Part shown: in pieces, positions 52,301-64,000 of the stretch
Position numbering within the stretch: position 1 is the stretch's first letter
How the letters are laid out: every line of letters starts with the position of its first letter
Assembly (NCBI GenBank): GCA_050084985.1
Contig: JBITNC010000001.1
Location: 48,360,001-48,424,000 of the forward strand
Origin: Nageia nagi
Taxonomy: Eukaryota > Plantae > Pinophyta
Direction: 5' to 3'
DNA length: 64,000 nt
The notes under the pieces: generated by a model
What the model saw: the letters and a program-made list of their open reading frames with translations, nothing else
What the model was told of the DNA's origin: nothing
Database searches by the model: none
Position numbers and translations under genes: made by a program

Positions 52301-54035
52301 ATATCTTTCAACATGAAAATGGTACTGACCTTCCAGTTTTTTCTATAGAATTTTGTAAAATTGTAGGACGTTTTGGTGAATATGAGAATGTAAGTCGTTG
52401 TGTCTGTATGCAGGTTAGTGGTTCCCTTTATGGTGCTTTATGTGGGTCTATAGTTGCATTCAATATTTCAGATTTTCTAGGTATTTCGTCTATCCATCTT
52501 GAGAAAAAGCATTTCGTGCTATATTTTTCAGCATGCACATGGACTCATATTTAAGGATCAAGTGCTCTGCAACAAGGTTTTGCATTTTTCATTGAATATT
52601 ATAAAGATATTAAAATAATGATGTAAATTTTTTGGCTGAAGGAAGGCGAAGGGAGTTAATTTTAGCAGCTCTGCTATATATGCTGGGAGCTTTAATCACG
52701 GGCTTCGCACCTGCACTTCCTGTGCTTATAGTTGGTCGGCTGTTATTTGGTTTTGGTATAGGTTTGGTAAAGCTTATGCATCTCTCTTCATAGAAGGATG
52801 ATTTGCAGTTCTATTTTAGTTTGTTTATTGCTTTAATTGAATCTCTTATGGTGTCAGTTTTTGAATTACAACCAACATTTGCTATTTAATTTAAGTTTCA
52901 CTTCCATATGATAAAGCCTGTTGGACATCGAACTGTTGCAGAGTGTTTTGTTTTTTCAAATTCAGGTATACATAGAATATAGTGTTTTAAATAGGCCACC
53001 ATCACCTCAAAAAGCAAGAGTATTGCCTCTGACTGTTTCTATCAAACAGGCCATGCATGCAGCTCCATTGTACATTGCAGAAACTTCTCCATCAACAGTT
53101 CGTGGAACACTAGTATCTTTGAAGGAGCTTTTCATAGTTTTAGGAATCTTGGTAAGTGTGAAAAGAATTCATACTTATCTGATTCCTGATAACCATATCA
53201 TAACACTGGATTGGTTGATGTTAATACTGACTCAGTTTCCTTATGCAGCTTGGTTACCTTTTGGGTAATCTAGAAATTGATGTGGTTGGTGGATGGAGAT
53301 ATATGTATGGCGTGAGTGCACCAATTGCTGTAATCATGAGCATTGGCATGTGGTGGTTGCCACCATCCCCACGTTGGCTTCTTCTCCAGGCAGTGCAGGG
53401 GAAAGGAAATCTTCAAGCATTGAAAGAAAAAGCGATTGTTGCATTGAGTAGATTAAGAGGTCGTCCTGCTGGTGATGTAGCCAGCGATGAGCAAATAGAA
53501 GAAACCTTGAGATCCCTACAATATGCACTTCGAGATCAAGACAAGGAAGCTAATTTCTTGGAGATTTTTAGAGGAAGCAGTTTGAAGGCCTTCATTATTG
53601 GTGGAGGAGTGGTGATTTTCCAGCAGGTTGTGTCATTCCAACATTTTTATGGGTTCTTGTGACGGTTTTTTTTTTTTGGATTAGACTCTATTAACTGTCT
53701 AGCCATGGAAGTTCTTGTAAAATTCGACTATCTATTTTGTATTTGAATATTTATTCATACAATTGAGGATCTCTGAAAGAAAATGTGTGTCCCTGATAAA
53801 TTGGAAACACTTTTTTATTTGTCAGATAACTGGCCAACCAAGTGTACTGTATTATGCAGCTTCCATTCTTCAGGTAGACAAGAAATTTAAATTTTCATGA
53901 TATCAGATGGTGATAAAATCCTAGAAAATGCCATGCTATTTGTTACATAATATTGGCGCTTCTGATTTGTAGAGTGCAGGATTTTCTGCAGCATCTGATG
54001 CCACTCGGGTTTCTGTAATTCTTGGCTTTTTCAAG
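25154..54035 (+). CDS. VGT3: Plastidic MFS sugar transporter, D-xylose-proton symporter-like 3 (VGT3/pSuT, At5g59250-like); exons 1-10, 3' exons outside the window
   Basis: Ten GT-AG exons with consistent phases join into one frame: transit peptide, [103 protein letters not shown]. Confidence 0.93.
28388..33750 (-). mobile_element. Old degenerate Ty3/Gypsy (chromovirus-like) element in intron 1
   Basis: Diverged direct repeats at ~28388-28765 and ~33381-33750 (LTRs). Minus-strand remnants of protease (KKVVVLLD), RT (FLGLTEY), RNase H ([29 protein letters not shown]) and integrase ([22 protein letters not shown]). Confidence 0.85.
32166..32463. mobile_element. hAT-type MITE nested in the Gypsy remnant
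   Basis: TIR CTAAGTTGCA / TGCAACTTAG; subterminal GTTTCC/GGAAAC motifs; degenerate 8-bp TSD GTTAAGAT / GTTCAAAT. Confidence 0.7.
34604..35816. mobile_element. Probable hAT-derived non-autonomous element carrying a host gene fragment
   Basis: Imperfect inverted ends TCCATGAAGTTTT / AAACTTTTCATGGA; GC-rich subterminal GGGGAT/GACG motifs; TSD not resolved. Confidence 0.5.
35085..35497 (+). pseudogene. Captured SANT-domain fragment of a POWERDRESS / NCoR-SMRT-like gene
   Basis: [11 protein letters not shown]...[11 protein letters not shown]...[51 protein letters not shown] resembles the first SANT region of PWR/NCoR; frameshifts and stops. Confidence 0.85.
35829..37042 (+). mobile_element. Solo LTR of the non-autonomous Gypsy family
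   Basis: T(T)TGACGTCCCC...TTCTACA; TSD TTTAT at 35824-35828 and 37043-37047; aligns with the LTRs at 55180 and 59470. Confidence 0.85.
37988..38097 (+). CDS. VGT3: VGT3-like exon 2
   Basis: TATAG|[37 protein letters not shown]|GTGAGT. Confidence 0.85.
39300..39650 (-). mobile_element. Gypsy integrase C-terminal remnant; possible very old LTR pair at ~38600-39070 and ~43740-44015
   Basis: [16 protein letters not shown] resembles the Gypsy GDWVFLRLQPYKQ motif; the flanking repeats share GTAAGAATTGCA and CCTTTTATAGAAG. Confidence 0.5.
41616..43340 (-). mobile_element. Degenerate retroelement-like insertion with a single disrupted ORF and a LINE-like 3' tail
   Basis: Minus-strand broken ORF ~43020-41800 (NKMRSEP...[27 protein letters not shown]); minus-strand end CTTATCAATACCAAAAAA near 41616-41635. 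Confidence 0.45.
44894..44972 (+). CDS. VGT3: VGT3-like exon 3
   Basis: TGCAG|a [26 protein letters not shown]|GTACAA. Confidence 0.95.
46429..46515 (-). pseudogene. SAMHD1/VENOSA4-like HD-domain dNTPase fragment (29 aa)
   Basis: [29 protein letters not shown] versus the family motif EKxFLYDIVANxRNGIDVDKFDYxxRD. Confidence 0.85.
47172..48266. mobile_element. hAT non-autonomous element inserted into the LTR element's ORF
   Basis: Perfect 8-bp TSD TACAAGAC at 47164-47171 and 48267-48274; imperfect TIRs CCTGGTTCAAAAA / (rc) CAAGGTTGGAAAA; ACTCGG-type subterminal motifs. Confidence 0.88.
48422..48847 (-). pseudogene. Intronless OTU4-like (At3g57810-type) OTU deubiquitinase domain inside the LTR element
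   Basis: [26 protein letters not shown]...[23 protein letters not shown]...[22 protein letters not shown]...[28 protein letters not shown]. Cys box, WGG and His box are all present; three stops near the Cys. Confidence 0.93.
50640..51060 (+). mobile_element. Probable LINE 3'-end fragment
   Basis: GC-richer degenerate coding-like stretch followed by CCCCTCTTTGTA...GGATAGCCCCTC, a 3' UTR style resembling plant LINE ends; weak. Confidence 0.3.
52209..52268 (+). CDS. VGT3: VGT3-like exon 4
   Basis: CACAG|[20 protein letters not shown]|GTGAGA. Confidence 0.93.
52414..52480 (+). CDS. VGT3: VGT3-like exon 5
   Basis: TGCAG|[22 protein letters not shown] g|GTATTT. Confidence 0.95.
52642..52766 (+). 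CDS. VGT3: VGT3-like exon 6
   Basis: TGAAG|(G)[41 protein letters not shown]|GTAAAG. Confidence 0.95.
53050..53151 (+). CDS. VGT3: VGT3-like exon 7
   Basis: AACAG|[34 protein letters not shown]|GTAAGT. Confidence 0.96.
53249..53626 (+). CDS. VGT3: VGT3-like exon 8
   Basis: TGCAG|[21 protein letters not shown]...PPSPRWLL...GGGVVIFQQ|GTTGTG. Confidence 0.96.
53826..53873 (+). CDS. VGT3: VGT3-like exon 9
   Basis: GTCAG|[16 protein letters not shown]|GTAGAC. Confidence 0.96.
53973..54035 (+). CDS. VGT3: VGT3-like exon 10
   Basis: TGTAG|[21 protein letters not shown]|GTCTGT. Confidence 0.96.
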
Positions 54036-55179
54036 GTCTGTATAAGATATTCATCCACATTGCAATTCTATTTGTTTTCTCATCCATTCTCTTCTCAAAA
54101 CTGTTCTTTCAAGCTTCTGGATTCCCTAATTTTGAAGAACAAGGACTAGGACCTGAGAAATAGATCACTGATTTGCTCATTATAACATATTGTGAATGAA
54201 GGATGGGCATCTCAGGAGAAACTATAATCTGCTATCCACGAATAAACCAATGCTTACAGTCATGATGTGTTGGAAGGCTTCTTACATCATTCAACTATAT
54301 TGTTTTTATGTTCTTCATCAAAGCAATAGATGACAAAAGACTAACAGTATCTGATATATCCGCACAATCTAGCTTTAAAATTGTATTTAATTTCTTGTCC
54401 TTTTCTGAGAACCCGATGAAAATTGTAATCAGTCTATAACAACATTATTTTCCTTTCCATGTGCCTGGGAAATTTGCCAGCTATGTATTGTTTCCTTGTC
54501 AATTGTTATTTGGTTTCAGTCTTCCCTTAGAATGCTAAGTATTGCTTTAAGTGTAACATGTAATTATAAACAGCACAACTGTTTACAGGATGGAGCATGC
54601 TTGTTCTACGATAACAGTTTCTAAAAGGCTTCCCTTTTAACAAGATATGGTTGTTTATTTTGGTAAATTTATCAAGGATATACTCTTTAATATAACAGTT
54701 AACTAAAAGTAAATCATAGTCGCTTCATGACCTCCTTCAAATGGTTGAAAGATCTGCATTTTTAAAACATCACTCTTTGGTACACACATGTATGTATGTA
54801 TATATATAGTGTAATGTTGACTTTCAGTGTATTAATGCTGATATTTATTAATACTATTGGCCATTGTTGCTGAACTGACTATGATCAGAGGATAATTATT
54901 TCTTGGTATTGATACCATTATGTTTAATCTTACTGGAGGATTATTTTTAACATATGTCAAGACCAATTCTAGAGATATGTATATTCTTTGGTGAGTGTGG
55001 AATATTTGTGGCTGTATAATCAAACCCAACCACTCACCTAAATCATCTTATGCCACATTGTAGTTCATGTGAAGATGTGTCATTGTAATGATTTGTTTTC
55101 TTCTTTTGCTTATGATACTATTTGGGTCTAAGGACCCCATCAATTCTTTTGTGTATTTTTTCAATCTTTTGATTTTAAT

Positions 55180-58100
55180 TGTGACGTCCGCTTTGTCCAA
55201 TTGTAATTAGTTGTGGGGTCCGAAAGGTTCCTCTTGTAATATATTTTTTGTACTTTCATGTTGTAACTTAGGATAGGAGACTTAATGGGTCAATGGACCC
55301 CACTGTGAGCCTCAAGTGGGATGTCTCCCTTCTAAGGTTAGATTAGGTCTCATCGTCATACTTGGAGATCCCGAAACATGATTGTGGGAATCCCAAGGTC
55401 TATTTAGCATTGTATGGATAGATGAGCACTTAATGGCCCCAACGTTGAGATTGGGAGCATTTAGACACTTGCACCAGCTTGGGGGAGGCTTCTAGACCCC
55501 CACCTTGGGCCTTGAGACCCACGTTGCCCCTTAGGTGCCCACGCATGCTTCCTAGGCCCACGCATGCATTCTTGGGTCCACATGGAGCATAGGGGAGGCC
55601 CAAATACCCACGTTGAGCCTGGATTGATCCCTATGTGCTAACGTTGGGCCATGAGGGGATTGGGTGATGACATTGAGGTGTAATCCGGACCAAGGAAGGC
55701 TATATTAACCCTTGGAGTCTTATTATTGGATATACTTGATCATTATTACTTTCATATTGTTCAGAGGACATCAAGTCTTAGCGGTGCTAAATAGCCTTCC
55801 TAGGCGCAACGTCTAGAGGGCATTTAGGTTGAGGGGTCTTGTTTGTCTACGGCATTGGTGTAGCATCTTTGCCCATCTGATGGTATTCCAAGGTATTGCT
55901 TGTACCTTCGGTGGTTATCCATAATTTGAGGAGGGCTCCTTCGATGGTGAGGATTCTTATTTTGAGGAGGCATACTATCCCAGGGTTCTGATATTGTTCT
56001 AGTGGTGAGAGACACATTGTATTGCCCTAGTTGGCTCCTGAGAGGCCAACGTCAGCCCTTCTGGGCCTGGTATTGTATTGATATTCATTTTGATCATATA
56101 TACAGCCGAAAGGGCATTGGATCTCATATTTTATTATTGTTGTTCCATTATTGCAAGGTTGTGGTGCACTTTCCTATTTATGCATGTATGAGCCAGACGT
56201 TGGCATTATGAGATGATATTCATTGTTGTATGATTGTACTAGCTAGATGTTGGTGTATGAATGTTTTATTTTGTAACCCTAGCTTAGACGTTGGCATAAT
56301 TGCATTATGTTAGCTTGGTTCGGATGTCCTAACCCTAATGTTGCCATTTTGAGGGTTTGAATGCTCGTTGTGGATGCCCTAGGCTTGATGTCAGGGTTTG
56401 TTGGTTGGAATTGGTTGTTTTTTCTTTGAGTTCCATTTTGGATCATCATAAGTAGTATCAAAGCTTGGATTTGGCCAGCCTGTGGATGAGACTTGCAGTA
56501 CATCGTTACTACACCAGATCCAACACTCATAGAGAGATGGCATTCGCTAGGAAGAGCGGGAGATAACACACGGAGGAGGCATCTGCAAGAGCCGCCCATG
56601 AGGAGGATAGACGATTGTGGATGGAGGAATTGCCAAATGAGGATGCATTCGCGGATGAAGGGGAGGTGCAGAGAGAGAGAGATAGAGAGTTGCCAAGAGG
56701 AGTCCAACTACGTTTTGAGAATCCACCCTCGAATGGAAGTTTGATGAACTCATTTCGACCATTCACAACATGATTGGAGTGGTTACTACTATACAGCAGC
56801 AGTTGAACATGCATTTGGGTGTTCAAGAGGAGCCAAAGAGGCAAAATACCCCCCACATCACACTAGGGATGACAAGGAGGCCCCACGTCACACCAAGGAT
56901 GACAGAGAGGCCCCATATCACACCAAGGATGAGCATGAGGAGATCTTGTAGTTTGAGGGATCGAGAGTCAACTCACCATGGGTCGATGAGGTGTCTAGAG
57001 GCCACATTTTTGAGGTTCCACTCACATCGAGCACCCTAGGGTACAAACCCTCTCCTAGGGAGGTACTTGGAGGAGGACGTTGGCAGGATGGAGGAGCACC
57101 CTATCATCCCAAAACTATCCAAGCCTATGTTTGCAAAGAAGGCTGCAGAGGAGACAAAGAGTCATATTCCTAGCCCATTGGAGTTGAATTAGATTTTTAG
57201 GGAGTATTCTATGTTGGATCTAGGGTTGAAGTGAGACGTCAATTTCAATGGCTACCTATAGCTTTTGGGGTTGAAGGGAAGCAATTCGCATGGTCCATGC
57301 ATTTCTAGCAATTCATGGGATGAGAAGGACCTGCAACACAAAATCAATAAAATGCAGGTGCAAATGTTTGATGGAAAGAAGATGACGGCTAGGGCATGGT
57401 TACATTAGTTGCAAACCTATTTCACCCTAAGCCCTAACATGGTGGAGGAGGATGCGATTCATTTCACATCATTACATTTTGAGGGAGATGCTTGGAGTGG
57501 TGACAGCATGGGGTGATTAGCCAAGGGTATTCTCTCATCGCCTCTTTTGATGAGTTCGCCAAATGTTTGGTTAGGCGGTTCAACTGGAAGGAGGAGAATG
57601 ATTAATTCCGGGATCTAACATCATTAAGGCAACAAGGGATAGTGGATGACTATGTGATAAAGTTTCAGAGGATTATTGTCATGATCCACCATCTTTCTAA
57701 GGAGAGGTTAACATTCCTCTTCATTGAAGGTTTGATGGAGCCGTTGTTGGGGATGGTCAAGGTATCTTCCCCTAAGAGCCTTGATGACGTTATCCGGACA
57801 GCATATGACCTTGAACCCATGATGAAATCCCTCAAGGGAGGGTAGATGTATAGAGGGCCTGTTGATCGGAAGCCATTCGTTGACAAAGAAGGTCCTAGCA
57901 AGGCCAAACCCTTCCCTTCGCCTAGAACAAATCAGTTGGATGCAGCCAAACAAAGGAAGTTAAGAGAAGAAGGCAAGTGCTTCTACTGCAAGAAGACTTG
58001 GGAGCCAGGGCACCTTGTCATGGGAAAGGAAAAGTGCACTACATAGAGGTGTTTTCAAAATATGAATCAAATGACTCAGATTTCAAGATTGGAGTTGACA

Positions 58101-60741
58101 CCCTAGAGCAGGGAGCACCTCAGGCAGAAGGAATGTTGGGTAGTATGATAGCTTCACTACATGGGGTGAAGAAGTACCTTACCTTGAAGTTGGTAGGGTA
58201 GGTCGGAGGACAGGATGTGATGGTATTGATTGATCCAAGAGCATCTCACAACTTCACTGATGCAGGCTTTGCAGAGAGGAAGAACTTGAAGACCAAGGGA
58301 CTTGAGGGTTTTAGGGTTTCCAACGCCAACAGGAAGCTCACATTGGTAGACCACTTCGTTGAGAGGTTTGGTGTAAGATTGCAGACTTGTATAGTGAGGG
58401 AGGACTTCTACATCTATCCTTTGAAGGGACATCCTCACATCATCTTAGGAGTGCAGTGGCTGTATGACTTGGGTGATATCCACACCAACTATCAAAAACT
58501 CACTATGAGTTTCGAAATCGATGGGAAGACTCACACCCTACAGGGGATTAGAGATGATTGTCCATAGGTGGACAATAAGCAGCTGGAGGTGATCGAAAGG
58601 TGTCAAAAGGAGGCATAAGATGGAGTCATGTTGGGAGAGGAGGAGTGCAAACGTGAGATGAGGGGTATTGGTGAGCTTCTGTGCCTCACGTTGCAGCCCA
58701 GGGAGCTTGGAAGAGCTACGTTGGGTTTTGGGGAAGTTTGGTACCCCACGTTCAACCTTGGAGAGGATTTCCACCTCATGCTAGATATTGAGAAGGTTGA
58801 CCACCTGACATTGAGCCTTGAGGAGGTTGGACATCCCAGTTGGACTCAGAGAGTTAGGAATCCCATGATGAGCATCCAGGAGGCTTACTATCAAATGTGG
58901 AACTGCAAGGAGATGAGATACCCCACGTTGGGTATTTGGGAGGATTGCCTTCTGTTATTGAGCTTTCGGAAGACTGGACACCCCACGTTGGGTATTTGGG
59001 GAAATTACCACTTGACGTTGAGCCTTAGGGAGAATGGGCAACCCACATTGGACATCTGGAGAGCTAGGCATGCCATGTCAAACTATTGGGAGTTTGGGAA
59101 CCTCTCATTGAAGCTTGGGGAGGCTGGATATACCATGTTGAGTTTTGAGGAGTTCTGGCCTCACTCATGGAGCAAAGGCTCTACTTGTTTTCACTTACCC
59201 ATGATTTTCTTAAGGTTCTTGCAAGGACACCTTCGCTTTGATGCACGTGCATCCTCATGTTAATGGAGGACAACCATAGAGCAACTAATGAGGAGTGACA
59301 GCTACAACAAACTACATTGGTACATGGATACGAAGCTTCAACAATATATTCCATTTTGCTAGCATTTCATCATCATGAGCCCAGCTACTAGGGCTAAAGG
59401 ATTCTTGGAAGAGAATATGTTTAGTCTTCCACCATTGCTTGAGGGCAAGCAATTCGAGAGGGGAGGCTTTGTGACATCCCCCTTGTCCAATTGTAATTAG
59501 TTATGTGGTCCGAAAGGTTCCTCTTGTAATATACTTTATTTATGCATTGTACTTTCATGTTGTAACTCAGGATAGGAGACTTAATGGGTCAATGGACCTC
59601 ATTGTGAGCCCCAAGTGGGACATCTCCCTCATAAGGTTAGATTAGGTGTCATTGTCATACTTGGAGGTCCCGAAACATGATTGTGGGAATCCAAGGTCTA
59701 TTTAGCATTGTATGGACGTATGAGCACTTAAGGCCACAACGTTGAGATTGGGAGCATTTAGACACCTACACCAGCTTGGGGGAGGCTTATGGACCCCCAT
59801 GTTGGGCCTTTAGACCCACGTTGCCCCCCAAGGTGCCCATGCATGGTTCCTAGGCCCATGCATGCATTCTTGGGTCCACGTGGAGCATAGGGGAGGCCCA
59901 GATACCTAAGTTGAGCTTGGATTGATCCCTAGGTGCTAACGTTGGGCCATGAGGGGATTGGGTGATGATATTGAGGTGTAATCCGGACCAAGGAAGGCTA
60001 TATTAACCCTTGGAGTCTCATTACTGGATATACTTGATCATTATTGCTTTCATATTGTCTAGAGGACATTAAGTCTTAGCGGTGCTAAGCAACCTTCTAG
60101 GCACAAGTCTAGAGGGCATTCAGGTTGAGGGATCCTATCTATCTACGGCATTGGTGTACAACCTTTGCCCATCCGATGGTATTATAAGATATTACTTCTA
60201 CCTTCGGTGGTTATCCAGAGTTTGAGGAGGGCTCATTTGGTGGAGAGGATTCTTATTTTGAGGAGGCGTATTGTCTTAGGGTTTCGATATTGTTCCATCG
60301 TGAGAGACACATTGTATCGCCCTAGTTGGCTCTTGAGAGGCCAACGTCAGCCCTCCTAGGCCTTGTATTGTATTGATATTTATTTTGATCATATTACAAC
60401 CAAAAGGGCATTAGATCTCATATTGTATTGTTGTTGTTCCATTATTGCAACGTTGTTGTGCACTTTCCTATTCATGCATGTATGAGCCAGACGTTGGCAT
60501 TATGAGATGATATTTATTGTTATATGATTGTACTAGCTAGATGTTGGTGTATGGATGTTTTATATTGTAACCCTAGCTTAGACCTTGGCATAATTGCATT
60601 GTGTTAGCTTGGTTCGGCTGTCCTAACCCTAATGTGACCATTTTGAGGGTTTGAATGCTTGTTGTGGGTGCCTAGGCCTGACATCAGGTTTTGTTGGTTG
60701 GAATTGGTTGTTTTTGCTGAGTTCCATTTTGGATCATCACA
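55180..60741 (+). mobile_element. Complete non-autonomous Gypsy-derived LTR element (gag + protease + repeat ORF; no RT/RH/INT)
   Basis: TSD TTAAT at 55175-55179 and 60742-60746; LTRs 55180-56450 and 59470-60741; PBS TAGTATCAAAGC at 56453; PPT GAGAGGGGAGG at ~59456-59466; gag CFYCKKTWEPGH; protease VLIDPRASHNF...ILGVQWL. Confidence 0.95.
58680..59170 (+). repeat. 30-bp (10-aa) tandem repeat within ORF 58628..59263
   Basis: CCCACGTTG-type motif recurs at 58688, 58718, 58748, 58778, 58808 and onward; translated units such as WYPTFNLGED, DHLTLSLEEV, GHPTLGIWGN. Confidence 0.85.
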
Positions 60742-61499
60742 TTAATATTTTATTTCTCCCTCCAATGCTTGCTTGTTATGTTGTCTATGTACTGCTCATT
60801 TTTTTCGTAGGAAATCCTTATGCAATTATTCATGTATTGAGAGCTAGGAGAGCTTTCATCAAACACTTGGGAATTAGGGTTTTTTTGCGATGGTGGCATG
60901 CTATTTTTGTAATTTTGGAAGTTTGGAAAAGCAGTTGGTAAATTTCATCTTGGTAGGCTCATTGTGGAAGTTGTGTTAGCCCTAGTCCAATTTTTGGGTT
61001 GGATTGACATCTTGTGAGATATTTCTTTGGGAATATTTTTCATAAATTGCAATCCTGTAGAATCTTGCAGAATTTGCCGATTTGATTGCAGAATGGGATT
61101 CCTCATTCCTTGGAAATTTTGGTAGGGGTGTAGTTTTGATTTATGGACCCCATTTTTGGTCAAAATTCGATGCTCTTTGTGTATTCTTGTGGTGATGTGA
61201 GGTACAACTAGTTCCTAATTGGCAGCCTTGCAAAGTTTTCAAGCAAATATGTGATGAATTGTACCCATTTTGAGGGTTTTGTAGCTAATATGGCATCCTA
61301 TTTTGACATTGACGTGGGTAGGTGAGAGGTGTTGCATGGGTGAGCACCTATGTGGTTTATTTATCAATTTTCATATTGTCTTGGCCCTTGGGTAGCCCTC
61401 TTTTTTTTGTGCGTGTGTGGGAGGAATAATAAGTAGGCACCTTGGCCTAATGGCTGTGATGCACATCCTTTGTGAAGTCTCTAGTTCTATTCCATAAAA

Positions 61500-62806
61500 G
61501 AGCACTTTGAATTGTACCATAAAAATCATATTCAATCTCATCTTGCTTTATCATTAATGATTTCAACCTTTCCAATTTTTTTTCTGAATTTTCTTATTTC
61601 TAAATTTGAATTTTTTTGACTTGATTGCCCATTTTGTGTCTGACTACCATGTTGACTATCATTCTCACTACCATTCTGATTTTGTTGCACTGAACAGTTT
61701 TGTCTAAGGAACAAATTGAGCTCTTCAACCAACCAATTCTTATGCAAGAATTTTCTAATTATCTTTGGATTTCATAGTATGTTTTTAATTATTAATTTTT
61801 AATTTAGGTGAGATCTAGATGTAAGTGAACAATTGGGTTCACAAAAAATGTAGACAAAATAAACTGGATTGCAATATTATAATTAACAAATATTATTTTG
61901 CCCAACCATGAGAAATAGATATATCAATATAAAAAGATGTAGCAATATGGTGCACTTTTGAAACTAGAGTATTCAAGAGGTCTATGACAAACTGAAACAA
62001 AGAGGTATAGCGGTCTTTGATTTAGCATATATGAAGCATGAAAAACAATACTTATGCATCTGATTTCGGTGAATTTAACCCCTTGTTGAAACTTTCAACC
62101 TCTCCTAAATGATTCCTACAAACAATGTTTTGGAGGGGTTTTGATATTTTTCCTAGATATTCTAGGTTGTTAAGACCAACTTTGATGATGATCAAGGTCT
62201 CTGCCATATGTTAGTGAACAAAAACCAGAAAGAAATAAATAAATGACTTAAAATATGCATTTGATACTTGAAACGAACAAACCAATATCAAAACAAACTT
62301 GGAATTTGAGTTCAGAAGCCACTACAACGTTTTAGGGTTGAAAAATCTGGAAAGAGGAATGATGGCAGTCCTGTTCTTTGGAGAATTTCATGGATTTGAA
62401 TTTTGTGGAGGTTGTCGGATGATTTCAAGACTTCGGCTCTAGGGTTCGACTAATTTTGTTAGTCTTGAAACTTTCCATTTAGGCACAAATGAATTCCAAT
62501 TTGGCATAAAATTGTAGCAATGTCTTTTTCAACAAATTATCTTGAAATTGATGATCATGGAGAGCTTGAAGGGCTCATGCATCAAGAGATATAACAATTT
62601 GAATCTTTGCTTGTCAAGAAGTTTGATTGTTTGAAATAACATTGAGCTTGTTATTTATATTAAGACATGATTTAAAATTGGATTAGCTGATCTTATCTTA
62701 TAAAATCTGAATTTACTTTATTATTATTCTCTCCAAATAATAAATCATTTTAGATACCTAAATTTTGTATTTAATTAAATACGAAAATGAAGTTTAGGTG
62801 TCTACA
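61500..62806 (-). mobile_element. 5' LTR (61849-62806) with PBS and adjacent internal remnant, related to the 1859-3560 element
   Basis: TGTAGAC...GTCTACA ends; adjacent GGGTTCACAAAAAA is the reverse complement of the TGGTGAACCC-like PBS at 2493; minus-strand start TGTAGACACCTAAA resembles TGTAGATGCCTAAA. Confidence 0.65.
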
Positions 62807-64000
62807 TTCTACAATATTACGAAATGTTGTTGGGACATTGGTCAACCTACATTGCATTACATAAAATTTATAGTGACCATAATGAGTTCTTAATGTTGCC
62901 TTAAATTGCTAACATTCCCTTATCCTTATTTTGTGATAACCAAAACTCAAATCAATATTTGTAATAAATGTTGTATTAAAACAATGCAATAATCAATATT
63001 TGTAATAAATGTTTTGTATTGTAAAAACAAAAATAATGAACAATGTATTAAAACATGTACATTTATTTATGTTTATTGAATGAAAATAATTAATAGCCAA
63101 ATGCAATATGAGATCTAGCAATTAGGATTATGTGAAATTACAAAAGGAGATACAAGGAATTTATTTGGAAGGTGGAGGATTGGAAGTTTGATGGTAGACA
63201 ACTTGTGATCTCGAAGGGTGAAGCCTGGTTGTAGCCAAATGATAGATTTAGATAATTTTGAGATAATTCTAAAGGGAATAGTTTGTCAATCAAGAGGAGA
63301 AGCAAACAATGAAAGTCAAAAACATAGCTAAGGAGCTCCTCGTAAAGGCAAGCAAAGTCTGAAAACAAAGGCAAAAATTCCAAGGAAAAAATATGTATGT
63401 TCATAAGGGAGAACCAAGTGATTACTGAGATAACCAAAGAACTATTTAGTGGTTAACTAGATGTGCATGAAACATGAGGCTACCAATGCAGTCAAGTTAG
63501 GTTTGATACATATGCAACTATTCTAACCATGAAAATGCAAGCGTAAGATATGCAATTTGATAATGCAAAATACAAAGGGAAATTTTGAGAAAACATACCT
63601 TATGTGGTGTAGCAGTGGATGATACTTACCATTCATGGTAGATGGTTTGTAAATGATAGGAATTGCACTATTGTCCACAGAGATGAACATAATTTCTATC
63701 CCGATTTGACATTGCATGTCTTGTGAGCATGTCCTTATAATAGTAGAATATATGCTTAAACGAACATTATGTGAAAGACAACTGTTAGGAGCATTGCAAG
63801 TTTCATCATAAGGATCACACAATTCAGTGTTGGATGAATTAAACGAGACATGATATTCTATTTTATTTTTACATTGAACAAGTGGAAAAAAATGGTTATA
63901 TAGGTCATCACGTGCGATATCATTGAAATATGGATCAGAATCATTGGAAGGTATTTGGAATGTATCATGGCTATCATCATGGCTGTCTTCATCTACAATG

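Noticed and set aside
63100-64000. Possible next exon of the transporter or another gene
   Set aside because: The expected LLMT...VDxLGRRPLL sequence was not found; all frames are stop-riddled and unassignable.

Overview
AT-rich, repeat-saturated land-plant nuclear DNA. It is most likely a gymnosperm/conifer; that is an inference from the giant TE-filled introns and the TE styles. One host gene is present on the + strand: a plastid-targeted MFS sugar transporter of the D-xylose-proton symporter-like 3 / VGT3 / pSuT type. Ten exons can be traced (25154-54035), with introns of about 12.6, 6.8, 7.2 and >9.9 kb; the 3' exons lie beyond the window. The rest is nested transposons: a young full-length Copia (9246-18342, TSD GAAAC), several copies or solo LTRs of a non-autonomous Gypsy family, an old chromovirus-like Gypsy, LINE remnants, hAT MITE/Pack-like elements and a CACTA end. 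Three things stand out. (1) A TSD-bounded LTR element in intron 3 (45077-50386, minus strand) has no RT, RNase H or integrase core. It instead carries an intronless OTU4-type deubiquitinase domain and a SAMHD1/VEN4 dNTPase motif, apparently once part of one long ORF that was later split by a hAT insertion. (2) The Copia 3' UTR holds a 10-unit hairpin array with compensatory base changes and long-range closing stems. (3) There are further captured host-gene fragments: a PLS-class PPR and a POWERDRESS-like SANT domain. Homology calls come from recognising motifs by eye, not from database searches.
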